The notes below the pieces were generated by a model. The model saw only the letters and a program-made list of their open reading frames with translations. It ran no database searches and was not told the origin of the DNA. The position numbers and the translations under genes were made by a program. Below are positions 49,317 through 61,628 of a stretch of DNA of 64,000 nt, in pieces; the first letter of the stretch is position 1; each line of letters opens with the position of its first letter. Origin of the DNA: Chthoniobacterales bacterium. Lineage in GTDB: Bacteria > Verrucomicrobiota > Verrucomicrobiia > Chthoniobacterales > Chthoniobacteraceae. Location of the stretch: contig JBBQZX010000002.1 of the NCBI GenBank assembly GCA_038207335.1, positions 192,001 to 256,000 of the forward strand, given 5' to 3'.

Positions 49317-50933
49317 ATGCCCGCGACACTCGAGCCGCCGCCGCCAGCGCGTCCCATTTCCGATGCGCTCCTGAACCGGAAACGCTTTCGCTTTCTCGGC
49401 CTCACGCCGAACGCGATGATCAAGTATTTCTTTCAGGGAAATGCCGCCGTCGCGATTCTCGTGCTCGTCCTCATTATGGTCTTCCTGCTGCGCGAGGGGG
49501 TGGGATTTTTCGGGCAAAATCTGGACAACCTCCGAGTCTATCGGCTCGCCGGTTTGGAGTTCGTGGACATGATCAAGCATCAGGTCGAGGAGCACACCGC
49601 GATCACGCGTGAGGTCAATGAACTGCGGCTCAAGCAGTTCAAAGTCTCGCTCGCGCGCGGAAAATCGATCGAGGAAATCAACGCGCAGCTGGAGGCGTTC
49701 GACCGCTTCGGCACGGCGTTTGGTGACTCGGTGGAGGACGTGCGCGGCATTGCGTCCGACCTCACGGAAGTCGCGTCGGCGATCAAGCAGAAGGAGCAAA
49801 TCTACCGCGACCGACTGGAGCAAAAGTCGATGCTGCTGCGCGCCGGAAAACCACAGGAAGCCGAATCCGTCGTTGCGGAGCCGGTAAATTTCGACGCCGA
49901 ACTCGTGCCATTGCGTGCGGTGCTGCCGGCGTATCACGACGCCAATGTTGAGTTCGCAAAAAGGCTCGACGCCTCGCTCACGATGGACGGCGAGAACTCC
50001 CTCGACCCGCGCTTCATCGAGCGGCTGAAAACGCTCAAAGCCCGCGCGAAAAAGTTCGAGACGACGTTCCCTGAAATCGAGACGCGCCTCGCCGCGTGGC
50101 ACAACGACACGCCGATCCCGTGGAGCGAGTCGGTCACCTCGTTTCTCTTCGGACGCGAGTGGCTGAGCGCGAGTTTCTGGCAGGACTTTTACGGCATCAT
50201 CCCGCTCTTCGTTGGCTCGCTCCTCGTCTCCGCCATCGCGCTTGTTATCGCCGTCCCGCTCAGCATTGCCGGGGCCATTTACGTCAGCGAAGTCGCGGGC
50301 GTGCGCGAGCGGCATTTCATCAAACCGGCGATCGAATTCATCGCTGCGATTCCCTCGGTCGTGCTCGGCTTTTTCGGCGTCGCCGTGCTCGGCCAGGCAC
50401 TGCGCGCGGTCTCGGAAACCTCGTGGCTGTCATGGTTCCCGGGCTTTCCGATGAGCGAGCGCTTGAACTCCCTCACCGCCGGATGCCTGCTCGCGCTCAT
50501 GGCAATCCCCACCATTTTCTCCCTCGCCGAGGACGCCCTCACGAACGTCCCACGCCACTTCAAGGAAGCCTCCTACGCGCTCGGTGCCACGCGGCTCCAG
50601 ACCATCGTAAAAATCCTCGTGCCGGCCTCCGTCTCCGGGATCATCTCCGCCATCCTGCTCGGCTTCGGGCGCGTCATCGGCGAGACGATGGTCGTCCTCC
50701 TCTGCGCTGGAAATCGCATCGCCATTCCCGACTTCACGCAGGGCCTCGGCGCGTTCTTCCAGCCGGTCCACACGATGACCGGCATCATCGCGCAGGAGAT
50801 GGGCGAGGTCGTGCAGGGCAGCATCCACTACCGCGCGCTCTTCATGGTCGGCATCATGCTTTTCCTCATCGCGCTGGTGATCAACTTCGTCGCGCAGCGA
50901 ATCGTCCACCGCTACCGCATCTCGATCGGATGA
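49317..50933 (+). CDS. pstC: Phosphate ABC permease PstC with a long helical insertion
   Basis: [37 protein letters not shown]. Confidence 0.93.
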   Translation: MPATLEPPPPARPISDALLNRKRFRFLGLTPNAMIKYFFQGNAAVAILVLVLIMVFLLREGVGFFGQNLDNLRVYRLAGLEFVDMIKHQVEEHTAITREVNELRLKQFKVSLARGKSIEEINAQLEAFDRFGTAFGDSVEDVRGIASDLTEVASAIKQKEQIYRDRLEQKSMLLRAGKPQEAESVVAEPVNFDAELVPLRAVLPAYHDANVEFAKRLDASLTMDGENSLDPRFIERLKTLKARAKKFETTFPEIETRLAAWHNDTPIPWSESVTSFLFGREWLSASFWQDFYGIIPLFVGSLLVSAIALVIAVPLSIAGAIYVSEVAGVRERHFIKPAIEFIAAIPSVVLGFFGVAVLGQALRAVSETSWLSWFPGFPMSERLNSLTAGCLLALMAIPTIFSLAEDALTNVPRHFKEASYALGATRLQTIVKILVPASVSGIISAILLGFGRVIGETMVVLLCAGNRIAIPDFTQGLGAFFQPVHTMTGIIAQEMGEVVQGSIHYRALFMVGIMLFLIALVINFVAQRIVHRYRISIG

Positions 50934-52030
50934 CCGTCAATCCCTTTGCCCATCAGCCTTCCCGGGCGCGTGCCGCGGAAAAGTTCGCGTTCGGATTCTT
51001 CCGTTCATCTACGTATTTCATCCTGCTCTGCGCCGTCGCGATCTTCGGTGTCATCATTTTCAAGGGCGCGGGAACCGTCTTCCAACTCAAGCCGCCATTC
51101 GTGAATTGGACATTCCTGAGCCAGTCGCCGGAGACGCTTTACGTCTTCGAGTTCGAGGGAAAAAAGATGGAACTCGGCGACAGGGAGTTCCGCGCGTTCA
51201 AGGCGGAGCGCGGCCTCGCGGACATCCCGGCGGAAAGCTATGCGCACAGCGCGGGCGGCATCTGGCCGTGCATCACCGGCACTTTCTGGCTCGTCGTCGG
51301 CTCGATGGGCATCGCGCTTTTCATCGGAGTCGGCAGTGCGATTTTCCTCAGCGAATACAGCAGGCACGGCCCGCTCGTGAATGCCATCCGTCTCGCCATC
51401 CTGAATCTCGCGGGCGTTCCCTCCATCGTCTTCGGCCTCTTCGGTCTCGGCTTGTTCGTCCACTTCATGCCCGTTTTCGCGAGCCACGCCGATCCCGCTG
51501 TCATGAGCCTGCCGCTCGGCTTCGGCCATTGGCTGAACTTCTCAGGCTGGGGCGTCTGCCTCGCCTCGGGTTGGTTCACGCTCGCATTCATGGCGCTTCC
51601 GGTCGTCATCACGGCGAGCGAGGAGTCGCTGAAAGCTGTGCCACAGGGCTTTCGCGAGGGATCGCTCGCGCTCGGCGCGACGAAGTGGCAGTCGATCCAC
51701 ACAAACGTCCTGCCGTACGCGCTCCCTGGAATCCTCACCTCCTCCATCCTCGGCATCGCCCGCGTCGCCGGCGAGACCGCGCCCATCATGTTCACCGCCG
51801 CGTACGTCCTGCGCGACAACGCCGCCAACCGCGGCCTCTTCGATTTCATCAGCCAGGGCGTTATGGCGCTGCCGTATCACATTTACGTCGTCAGCTCGAA
51901 GATCCCGCAAAACGAATACACCGAGCGCGTCCAGTACGGCTCGGCGCTCGTCTTTCTCCTCCTCGTCTCCGGCATTGCCCTGTTCGCCATCCTCCTCCGC
52001 ATCCGCATGAGAAATCGCTACCGCTGGTGA
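50930..52030 (+). CDS. pstA: Phosphate ABC permease PstA
   Basis: [44 protein letters not shown] overlap with pstC. Confidence 0.94.
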   Translation: MTVNPFAHQPSRARAAEKFAFGFFRSSTYFILLCAVAIFGVIIFKGAGTVFQLKPPFVNWTFLSQSPETLYVFEFEGKKMELGDREFRAFKAERGLADIPAESYAHSAGGIWPCITGTFWLVVGSMGIALFIGVGSAIFLSEYSRHGPLVNAIRLAILNLAGVPSIVFGLFGLGLFVHFMPVFASHADPAVMSLPLGFGHWLNFSGWGVCLASGWFTLAFMALPVVITASEESLKAVPQGFREGSLALGATKWQSIHTNVLPYALPGILTSSILGIARVAGETAPIMFTAAYVLRDNAANRGLFDFISQGVMALPYHIYVVSSKIPQNEYTERVQYGSALVFLLLVSGIALFAILLRIRMRNRYRW

Positions 52031-52035
52031 CCCCG

Positions 52036-52860
52036 ATGAATGCCATTCTCGAACCTCGCATGGACCCACAACCCACCGCCGCGTCGCCACAGCCCGCGCC
52101 CGACGAGTCGATGATCGACATCGAAAAGCTCAACTTTTTCTACGGTCAGACGCAGGCGCTGCAGGACGTCACGTTGCACGTCCCGGCGCACGGAGTCACC
52201 GCGCTCATCGGCCCCTCCGGCTGCGGAAAATCCACGCTCCTGCGCTGCATCAACCGCATGAACGACCTCATCGACGACACGCGCATCGCCAGCGGTCGCG
52301 TGAAAATCCATGGCATCGACATCCACGCACCGGAGGTCGATGTCATCGCGCTCCGCAGGCAGGTCGGCATGGTCTTTCAAAAGTCGAATCCCTTCCCGAA
52401 ATCGATCTACGACAACATCGCGTATGGCCTGCAAATCCAAGGCATCCGCGACCGCCGCCGCCTCGAAGAGACGGTGGAGAAAAGCCTCCGCAGCGCGGCC
52501 ATCTGGGACGAGGTGAAAGACCGCCTGCACACCAGCGCGCTCGGACTTTCCGGCGGCCAGCAGCAGCGCCTCTGCATCGCGCGCGCCATCGCCGTCGAGC
52601 CCAGCATCATCCTCATGGACGAGCCGTGCTCCGCTCTCGACCCGGTCGCCACGTCGAAGATCGAGGACCTCATCCAGATGCTCAAAAAGAAGTACACGAT
52701 CGTGATCGTGACCCACAACATGCAGCAGGCCGGGCGCTGCTCGGATTCCACCGCATTCTTCTACCTCGGACGCCTCGTCGAGTTTGGAAAGACCGAGAAG
52801 ATTTTCACCAACCCGGTGCAAAAACAGACCGAGGATTACATCACAGGCCGCTTCGGCTGA
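52036..52860 (+). CDS. pstB: Phosphate ABC ATPase
   Basis: [34 protein letters not shown]-terminal YITGRFG. Confidence 0.97.
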   Translation: MNAILEPRMDPQPTAASPQPAPDESMIDIEKLNFFYGQTQALQDVTLHVPAHGVTALIGPSGCGKSTLLRCINRMNDLIDDTRIASGRVKIHGIDIHAPEVDVIALRRQVGMVFQKSNPFPKSIYDNIAYGLQIQGIRDRRRLEETVEKSLRSAAIWDEVKDRLHTSALGLSGGQQQRLCIARAIAVEPSIILMDEPCSALDPVATSKIEDLIQMLKKKYTIVIVTHNMQQAGRCSDSTAFFYLGRLVEFGKTEKIFTNPVQKQTEDYITGRFG

Positions 52861-52865
52861 CGCAT

Positions 52866-53537
52866 ATGAACCACTTCTGGGAACAACAACTCACCGACAT
52901 CCGCGAGCAGCTCCTCATGATGAGTGGGCTCACCGAGCGCAGCCTCACGGTCGCCCTGCGCGGCCTCGTCGAGCGCGACGACAAACTCTGCGACGCCGTC
53001 GAGACCGACGACAGCGAGATCGACCGGCTAGAGATCCACATCGACAATCTCGTCATCACCTACATGGCCACGCACGGCCCTGTGGCAAAGGATTGCCGCT
53101 TCATGCTGGCCGCCTCGAAAATCTCCAGCAACCTCGAGCGCATCGCCGACCAGAGCGTGAAAATCGCGCGCCGCTCCCGAGAGCTGAACCGCGAGCCGTT
53201 GCTGAAGCCGCTCATCGACATCCCGCTCATGGCCGAGATCGGGCAGGAGATGCTGCGCGACAGCATCACCGCCTACATCGAGGGGCAGCCCGACCTCGCG
53301 GTCGAAATCATCGCGCGCGACGCGAGCGTGAACGACATCTACAAGCAGCTCGCCCGCGAGCTGACGACCTACATGATCGAGGACCCGAAGACGATCACCC
53401 GCGCCCTCAGCCTGCTCACCATCGCGAAAGCGCTCGAGCGAGTCGCCGATCACGCCACGAACATCGCGGAGGAGGTCTTCTATTTGTATAAAGGCGAGGA
53501 CATTCGCCACGACCGGACGCTGAAGCCGACGATTTGA
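52866..53537 (+). CDS. phoU: Phosphate signalling protein PhoU
   Basis: D.EIDRLE, NLERIAD, ALERVADHATNIAE. Confidence 0.95.
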   Translation: MNHFWEQQLTDIREQLLMMSGLTERSLTVALRGLVERDDKLCDAVETDDSEIDRLEIHIDNLVITYMATHGPVAKDCRFMLAASKISSNLERIADQSVKIARRSRELNREPLLKPLIDIPLMAEIGQEMLRDSITAYIEGQPDLAVEIIARDASVNDIYKQLARELTTYMIEDPKTITRALSLLTIAKALERVADHATNIAEEVFYLYKGEDIRHDRTLKPTI

Positions 53538-53564
53538 CGCGGCGGCGAGGGGGAGGGTTCCAGC

Positions 53565-53841
53565 CCAGAGGCGATTGGAAGAAACGCGGGTGCGGCGTTA
53601 CCGGGGAAGGCTCACAGGGGCAATCGCCAGCGAGGAATTTGACGTGTGAAGGTTCACAGGATTCCCAGCGCGGAAATGGCATTCTGTGGATTCCTACACA
53701 CATTCGGGAGCTACAAATGGGCGAAATGAGACTGTTTTGGCAGAATCCTCAACTTCCCATTGCGAGAGGCACGAGGGCGCGATTTTCACCCGGACGCTGG
53801 GGTCGCGAAGGGTCTGGGCCGTTTCTGCCAATCGCCTCTGG
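53565..53841. mobile_element. MITE-like non-autonomous element (277 bp)
   Basis: 22-bp terminal inverted repeats CCAGAGGCGATTGGAAGAAACG and CGTTTCTGCCAATCGCCTCTGG (21/22 match); no credible internal ORF. Confidence 0.65.
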
Positions 53842-53920
53842 CAATGCGTCTCCCGCCGCCCGCGTCCCGACTCCACGCCGGATGCCTCTCCCCTGCTCTG
53901 CAAGCGGTGCCCGCCGGGCT

Positions 53921-54118
53921 TTAACGCGACCGGTTGGGCTTTTGCTCGAGGGGGTTGCCGCGGTTTTTCCACATCCAGTCACCGGGCTTGGGGGTGGGTG
54001 TGGCAAGCGTGGCTGGCTGGGGTCGCGGGGTGGGCTCGGGCTCGGGGGTGGGCTCGATGGGCGGGCTGCAACTCGCGAGGGAGGCGAGGGTGAGAAGAAG
54101 GAGGAGCACCCGTTTCAT
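53921..54118 (-). CDS. Small Pro-rich lipoprotein
   Basis: MKRVLLLLLTLASLASC lipobox, PTPEPEPTP linker, short tail GDWMWK. Confidence 0.7.
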   Translation of the reverse strand: MKRVLLLLLTLASLASCSPPIEPTPEPEPTPRPQPATLATPTPKPGDWMWKNRGNPLEQKPNRSR

Positions 54119-54144
54119 AGGGTGTGGGTGTAGGAGGGGTGGGT

Positions 54145-56460
54145 TCATTGTAGAAGCTCAAAGTAGCAGGGTGTGAGCGGAGGGATGGATTCGAGGGGGA
54201 TGCCGCCCGCAAGGTCGGGGATGGCGATTTGGAATGCCTCGGGGCTGAGGCGCTCGTGGAGTGTGACTTTCGCCCCGGAGATGTCGAGGAACTGGAGGGC
54301 ATCGGGCGGGAGGTGAATATGGACGCCGCGGAGGGTCTCGGTGCGGTGAAAATTGGCGACGACGAGGAATGCCTGGCCGGTGGCGGTGTCGCGCCGGAGG
54401 TATGCGTAGAGCCAGTGGCCGCTGGCGGTCTCGGACTCGAGGCGGCCGAAGCGGGGGTTCCAGACGTTGGCTGGGTTGAGGGGGAAGAAGCCGCCGCTTT
54501 CAAAAGCGGGCTCGCCGCAGAGGCGGATGAGGCGCGCGTAGAAGGCGCGGAGGTCGCGCTGCTCGGGGCTGAGGCGGGCGCCGTCGTAAGCGTGGCCGTT
54601 GACCCATTTCGCGAGCTCGGGGAGGCACCAGTAGTCGAAGATGGTGGTGCGGCCGTCGTCGCCGCAGAAGCCTTCGGAGTCGGTGGCGGGTTCGCCAATT
54701 TCCTGGCCGCTGTAGAGCATGATGGGACCGCGTGAGAGGCCGTAGAGGACTCCGGCGACGGGGCGCCCGACGGCCATGCCGATGCCGGCCCAGTGGCGGG
54801 GAGAGGCGAGGCGGACTTCGTCGTGGTTTTCGCAGTGGCGGAGGGAGTTCTGGAAGATGAATTCGGGGCCGTGCGCGGTGTCGAGGTCATTGGCCCAGCC
54901 GGAGCCGTCGTAGAGGGATTTGAGTTTCTTGTAGGCCGGGTCGTCGTAAGTGGCGTCAAAGCCGGCGTTGAGCAGGTTGAACATGATGTGGCCGCGGCCT
55001 TCGTCGAGCGGGGCGAGGAGCGGATCGGCCGTGGGGATTTTCATCGGGTCGGCGTCGTAGGCCTCGGCGATGAAAAGGACATCCGACCTGCGGGCGCGGG
55101 CGCGGCCGAGCGCCCAGGCCCAGAATTCCGCGGGGATCATGTGGCCCATGTCGCAGCGAAAGCCATCGACGCCGATGTCCTGCCAGTGGGCGAGGACGCG
55201 GTCCATTTTAAGCCACGTATCGGGAATGGGGATGTCGGGCTCGCTCCCGTGCGGATAGGCGCGCTCGCGGGACTGGAAGTCGTAGCCGTAGTTGAGCTTC
55301 ACGGTCTCGTACCAGTCGTAGATGGCGGGGGTGGGGCTCGCGACGTCGTTGCCGGTGACGCGCGCGTGCTCGGCCTCGCCGTCGTAGCGACCGTCGCAGG
55401 TGCCGAGGATCTGGCAGGTGGGGCTGATGGCGATGCCGTCCTTCCATGTGGGGAGCTGGAGCGGACGGCCGTGGAGGTGGAAGAAGTTGTTGGCGGGGCT
55501 GAAGAATTTCGACGGGTCGTCGGTGGCACCGAAGCTGTGGTCGGGGGCGATGGTGGAGTCGTAGCTGCGAGCAACGTGGTTCGGGACGAAGTCGATGATG
55601 ACGTGCATTCCGTGGTCGCGGATGCGGGTGACGAGGGCGCGGAATTCGGCGAGACGCTGAGCGGGATCGACGGCGTAGTCGGGGCAGACGTCGAAGGCGT
55701 CCTTGATGGCGTAGGGGCTGCCGGCGAGGCCCTTGAGAAGATCGGGGTCGTCGGCAGGCAGGCCGATGGCGGAGTAGTCCGTGGCCGTGGCCTGCCGGAC
55801 GACGCCGGTGAGCCAGACATGCGTGAAGCCCATGTCGCGGATGGAAACGAGAGCGGCGGCGTTGATGTCGTTGAATTTGCCGACGCCGTTTTCGGCGAGC
55901 GTGCCGTTGGGTTTGCGGGTCTCGTTGATATTCCCAAAAAGGCGCGGGAGGAGCTGGTAGATGCGGATGCGCCCGCCGAGGCGGGAGCGGGTGGCGACGG
56001 TGTTGCGGTCGAAGGATTTGTAGAGCGGGATGACTTGGTCGCCGACGCCGCCGGGGACGCTCATTGCGGCGTCGGGCAGGAGGCGGCCCCAGCCGTCATT
56101 TTCGCGCATGTCTTTTGCGTAAACGACAACGCGCGGGGCGAGGCAGTCGCCGAGTTCGGAGTCGTGGATCACGAATTTTGCGACGCCGGATTTAAGCGTG
56201 ACGCGCACGCTGCCGCCCGCGTCGCGAGTTTCGCCCCACATCGTTTTTTCCCAACGCCGCACCCGCAACCCGAGACCCGAAGCGCCCATCCGCGCGATGA
56301 AAATTGCGTTGGCGCAGAATGGCAGGAAGACGGTCGAGCCTTCCGCTCCGCGACCAAACGGCACGACGGCCGCGCCCGCGAGCGGGTCGATCTGGAGGGC
56401 GAGAAAAATCGCGTGGCCCGGCTCGTCGATGCCCGGTGAAGAAAGTTCGATTTCGATCAT
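54145..56460 (-). CDS. GH13 alpha-amylase-family glycosidase with an N-terminal extension
   Basis: IYQLLPRLFGN, IDFVPNH, GFRCDM (nucleophile), FIAE (acid/base), ENHDE. Confidence 0.9.
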   Translation of the reverse strand: MIEIELSSPGIDEPGHAIFLALQIDPLAGAAVVPFGRGAEGSTVFLPFCANAIFIARMGASGLGLRVRRWEKTMWGETRDAGGSVRVTLKSGVAKFVIHDSELGDCLAPRVVVYAKDMRENDGWGRLLPDAAMSVPGGVGDQVIPLYKSFDRNTVATRSRLGGRIRIYQLLPRLFGNINETRKPNGTLAENGVGKFNDINAAALVSIRDMGFTHVWLTGVVRQATATDYSAIGLPADDPDLLKGLAGSPYAIKDAFDVCPDYAVDPAQRLAEFRALVTRIRDHGMHVIIDFVPNHVARSYDSTIAPDHSFGATDDPSKFFSPANNFFHLHGRPLQLPTWKDGIAISPTCQILGTCDGRYDGEAEHARVTGNDVASPTPAIYDWYETVKLNYGYDFQSRERAYPHGSEPDIPIPDTWLKMDRVLAHWQDIGVDGFRCDMGHMIPAEFWAWALGRARARRSDVLFIAEAYDADPMKIPTADPLLAPLDEGRGHIMFNLLNAGFDATYDDPAYKKLKSLYDGSGWANDLDTAHGPEFIFQNSLRHCENHDEVRLASPRHWAGIGMAVGRPVAGVLYGLSRGPIMLYSGQEIGEPATDSEGFCGDDGRTTIFDYWCLPELAKWVNGHAYDGARLSPEQRDLRAFYARLIRLCGEPAFESGGFFPLNPANVWNPRFGRLESETASGHWLYAYLRRDTATGQAFLVVANFHRTETLRGVHIHLPPDALQFLDISGAKVTLHERLSPEAFQIAIPDLAGGIPLESIPPLTPCYFELLQ

Positions 56461-56542
56461 GGCGCGCGCCTACGAAAGAGCAGGCCGGTGCGAGTCGCGA
56501 TGAAAATTGCGCGCACCTTCCCATCCCGCTTCACTGCCGCAA

Positions 56543-57226
56543 GTGAGCGAACTCCTCTCCATCGGCCACCGCGGCGCACGCGGGCATGAGCCGGAAAACA
56601 CGTTGCGCTCAATCCGCCGCGCGCTGGAACTCGGCGCGGATGGCGTGGAGATCGACGTGTGGCTCGCGGATGGCGAACTCGTGGTGATCCACGACGCAAA
56701 ACTCGATCGCACGACGAATGGCCACGGATACCTTTCCCGCAAAACATTCGCGCAACTCCGCGCGCTCGATGCGGGCGGCGGCGAGCGAATCCCGACGCTG
56801 CGCGAGGTTTTCGAAACAGTGGATCGGCGCGCGTTCATCAACATCGAACTGAAAGGCCGACGTACCGCCGCGCCTGTGGCAGCCTTGATCCGCGAGTATC
56901 TCGAGCAGCGCGAATGGACACCGGATCGGTTTCTCGTCTCGTCGTTTCACCGTCGCGAACTCAAGCAAATCAACGACCCGCGCATCCGCATCGGAATGCT
57001 CTGCGCGCGGCCCACGCCGCTCTATCACTTGTCCGCGCGACGGCTCGGCGCGTGGTCGATCCATCCCGCGCTGCGGCACACGACGCGGCGCTTCGTGGAA
57101 GATGCGCACCGCCGCGGGTTCCGCATTTTTCCCTACACGGTGAACGAGCCCGCCGACATCGCGCGCATGGCGGCGCTCGGCGTGGACGGCGTCTTCACCG
57201 ATTTCCCCGAGCGCGTGCGTGCCTGA
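56543..57226 (+). CDS. Glycerophosphodiester phosphodiesterase
   Basis: GHRGA..PENTL, GVEIDV, VIHD, NIELK, YTVN, VFTDFP. Confidence 0.93.
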   Translation: MSELLSIGHRGARGHEPENTLRSIRRALELGADGVEIDVWLADGELVVIHDAKLDRTTNGHGYLSRKTFAQLRALDAGGGERIPTLREVFETVDRRAFINIELKGRRTAAPVAALIREYLEQREWTPDRFLVSSFHRRELKQINDPRIRIGMLCARPTPLYHLSARRLGAWSIHPALRHTTRRFVEDAHRRGFRIFPYTVNEPADIARMAALGVDGVFTDFPERVRA

Positions 57227-57270
57227 ATCCGCGCGTTGCGCGCCGCATCCACAACCGCTCTCCTCGCGTC

Positions 57271-58248
57271 ATGAGCCCCTCGCTTTTCCGCCTCGCTGCA
57301 CTGCTCCTTGCCGCCGCGCTTTTTCTCGTGAACCCCGCGCGCGCATGGGACGACGGCGGCCATCTTCTCATCGCGCGCATCGCATACGACCGCCTCTCGC
57401 CCGCGAAGCAGGCGAAGCTCGTTGCCGCGCTCGACGGCCTCACGTTCGGCCCAAACTCCTACGCCGATTCAATCCGCGCGGCGATCTACATGGACAAACT
57501 CCGCGACGGCACGCGCAGCTTCCGCCCGCCGTATCCGGGCGCGTTTGGGACATGGCACTTCATCCAGATCCCGTTCGAAAGTGACGGTGTCTTGCTGCGA
57601 CGCGGCGAGCCCGATGTGGATGGCGTGGCCGATGTCACGCGCGGGTGGCGCTGGTGCCGCAGCGTCGTGCTCGGCGGCGTTCCGGTGCGCGAAAATTATC
57701 TCGGTCGCACATTCACCATCGGCCCGCGCGAAGCTCTCGCCATGCTCATGCACCTCACCGGCGATGCGCATCAACCGCTGCACGCGACCTCGCACGAAGC
57801 GACCGGGCTCGCGGACGACCGTGGCGGCAATAGCTTGGAAGTCCTGAACCTCCGTCCGCGCGGAAATCTCCACCATTTCTGGGACAGCGCGTATCGCCAG
57901 ATGCCCGTCGCGCAACCCGACGGCACCACACTTGTCCGCGAAGACAAAGCGCGCATCGTCGCACGCGACTCCACACTCGCAAGCCAACCGCTCGCCGAAC
58001 TCGCGCGCGCATTCACCGCCGAGGCACACACCACCGCTGCCGCGCGTCGCGTGCGGACGCCCGAGAGTTGGGTGAAAGAGAGTCACCAAATCGGCGTCGC
58101 GGTCGGCTACGAAGCGCTCGGCTCGCAGCTCGGAAAAGCAGAGGTCACGCTGAGCGCCCGATACGTCACCGACGCCTCCGCAGCCGCTCGCGCACGCATC
58201 GTTTTAGCCGGCGAACGCCTCGCGGTGCTTCTCGATTCTTTGCTCTGA
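57271..58248 (+). CDS. Secreted S1/P1 nuclease
   Basis: Signal peptide then WDDGGH; WHFI, HLTGDAHQPLH, DRGGN, NLHHFWD, AGERLA. Confidence 0.9.
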   Translation: MSPSLFRLAALLLAAALFLVNPARAWDDGGHLLIARIAYDRLSPAKQAKLVAALDGLTFGPNSYADSIRAAIYMDKLRDGTRSFRPPYPGAFGTWHFIQIPFESDGVLLRRGEPDVDGVADVTRGWRWCRSVVLGGVPVRENYLGRTFTIGPREALAMLMHLTGDAHQPLHATSHEATGLADDRGGNSLEVLNLRPRGNLHHFWDSAYRQMPVAQPDGTTLVREDKARIVARDSTLASQPLAELARAFTAEAHTTAAARRVRTPESWVKESHQIGVAVGYEALGSQLGKAEVTLSARYVTDASAAARARIVLAGERLAVLLDSLL

Positions 58249-58319
58249 GTCAACGCCTGAACATTCCTCTTTCAATGTCTCACTTCTGAAATACTCTCAG
58301 TTCCGCGAAATCCTCTCTT

Positions 58320-59699
<1,380 letters not shown>

Positions 59700-59755
59700 C
59701 CGACGGCGTTTGACGAGCGACGATTTGCCGCGAGCCGCGGTGGGAGTTCGCAGCG

Positions 59756-61060
59756 CTACGAAAGACTCAGCGCGCCGCCTTCGCACAGGCTGGCTTTTCC
59801 AAAAGCCTGCAAGTCGTGTCCCATCGACTGCGCGACGGCCATCCACAGCCGGTTATGCGCGGCTTTTTCAAAGTTCAGGCTGCGTCCCATTTTAAACCCC
59901 GCGCCGCCGCCGATCATGATGCACGGGATATTGTCGAGCGTGTGCGAGTTGCCTTTGCCGAGCTCGTTCGTCCAAACCAGCAGCGTGTTGTCGAGCATCG
60001 AGCCCTCGCCCATCGGCTCCGGCGTGTCGGAGAGCCGTTTCGCGAGATACGCAAATTCCCCCGCGAACCACGTATTGATCTTCTTCAGTTTCTCGTAAGC
60101 CGACGTGTTGCTGTCCGGCTCGTGAGAGAGCGAGTGGTGACCTTCCTCGATCCCGAGCCAGCGCATCTGCGCCTGCCCGACCGAGCGCATGTATTGCAGC
60201 GTCGCGATGCGCGTCATGTCGTTCGCGAGCGAATTCACGAGCAGGTCGATCTGCATCCGGCTGATCTGCGGCGTGTTGTCATTCACCAACTCCACGCTCG
60301 GGTCGAACTCCGGCATCGGATGCGCCAGCTTTTTATCCGCCTCCGTGCTCGTCAGCTCCTGCTCCAGATTCCGCACAAGCGTCACATGCTGGTCGAGCAG
60401 CGCCTTGTCCCGCGCGCTGAGTTTCGACGACACGCGCGTGAGATCCTCGCGCACGTCATCCAGCACGCTCACGAGACTGTCGCGATCCTTCATGCGCCCG
60501 TAGAGCTTTCCAAACATCTGGTACGGATCGTCGATCGGCGCGACCGGCTGATTCGCCCCCGCGTAGCTCATCCGCGTCCACGGGTCCGCGCGATCCGGCA
60601 CCGCCACTCCGAACTCCAGCGAGCCAAACCGCGTCCGTGTCTCCTCCCGGCTTTGCAGGAAATTCTTGATCTCCTGGTCGATCGAAATCCCGCCCGCCCA
60701 GCCCGCCGGGCTCCCGCCGCCGCCGCGGATATTTCCGGGTAAAAGCTCACTGCCGGTGAGCAGGCAGCTCATCCCGCGCATGTGATTGTCCCCGTCGCCG
60801 CCGACCCGGTTCGCGATCCCGTGCAGCACGAGCGTCTGCGCTTTGAACGGCTCCAGCGGCGCGAGGATCGACTTGAAATCCAGCTCCCCGCCCGCCGGCC
60901 AAAACTCATTCGGCAGCGTCCCATTCGGTGAAAACATGATCACCAGCCGCTGCCGCCGCGCCGGCGTCTCCGCCCCGCGCAGACTCGGCAACCCCGCAAG
61001 AAAAGGCATCGCAGCAGCGGAAACACCGAGCTGACGGAGAAATTGGCGGCGTGTGTGCAT
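59756..61060 (-). CDS. DUF1552 (HXXSHH) protein with a Tat signal
   Basis: TRRQFL Tat motif, FSPNG, SIDQ, GHHSLSH, SMLDNT. Confidence 0.9.
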   Translation of the reverse strand: MHTRRQFLRQLGVSAAAMPFLAGLPSLRGAETPARRQRLVIMFSPNGTLPNEFWPAGGELDFKSILAPLEPFKAQTLVLHGIANRVGGDGDNHMRGMSCLLTGSELLPGNIRGGGGSPAGWAGGISIDQEIKNFLQSREETRTRFGSLEFGVAVPDRADPWTRMSYAGANQPVAPIDDPYQMFGKLYGRMKDRDSLVSVLDDVREDLTRVSSKLSARDKALLDQHVTLVRNLEQELTSTEADKKLAHPMPEFDPSVELVNDNTPQISRMQIDLLVNSLANDMTRIATLQYMRSVGQAQMRWLGIEEGHHSLSHEPDSNTSAYEKLKKINTWFAGEFAYLAKRLSDTPEPMGEGSMLDNTLLVWTNELGKGNSHTLDNIPCIMIGGGAGFKMGRSLNFEKAAHNRLWMAVAQSMGHDLQAFGKASLCEGGALSLS

Positions 61061-61628
61061 TTTGTGAAAAGTCGGACTCACTCAACAAACCCACAATCTC
61101 CCCGAGTCATAGGCGAAAGTCGCAGTGGGGACAGACTCTAGCGTCAAATGACATCCAATGTGTTGAACTCGATCTCTCGCGCTACCTGCTTCTCACTCTC
61201 GGCTTGAACTGTAGCAGATTTAGCAACAGTTGCCTTCCGGCGCTGTCGGCCGGCCTGTTCGTGCTGGAAGTGAGCCGATTGTCCTGTTGCACAAAGTCGC
61301 CATCTGATTCAGAGGAAACCAACCATCTCCGCACCCATTCGGACTCTCGAGCGCGTCCGACCATCCTCGGTCCATCGGAACGAGGCAGTGGAACATCCCT
61401 GATTGACTCTTTATTGTCCGACTTGATCCGTTGAAGTTTCGCAACAGTTACGCGCCAAAGCGCTCCACCAGAACCGCATCGCCGTGCCAATTCCGCTCCA
61501 CAGCCGGTTGCCTTGGCTCAATAGGCAGCCTGAGTTCCACCGCCCCCCCGCTCCCAACTCATTCAAATCAACGTCTTTAAAGATGGATATATTGAGAGCC
61601 ATGGCGTTTTCCACAATGCCGCGCTGGC

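Noticed and set aside
53534..54176. Plus-strand ORFs over the MITE-like element and lipoprotein gene
   Set aside because: No transposase or other motifs; better explained by the element and the minus-strand gene
61476..61492. Minus-strand TGGCACGGCGATGC as a sigma54 promoter
   Set aside because: GG-to-GC spacing is 9 nt, not the required 10
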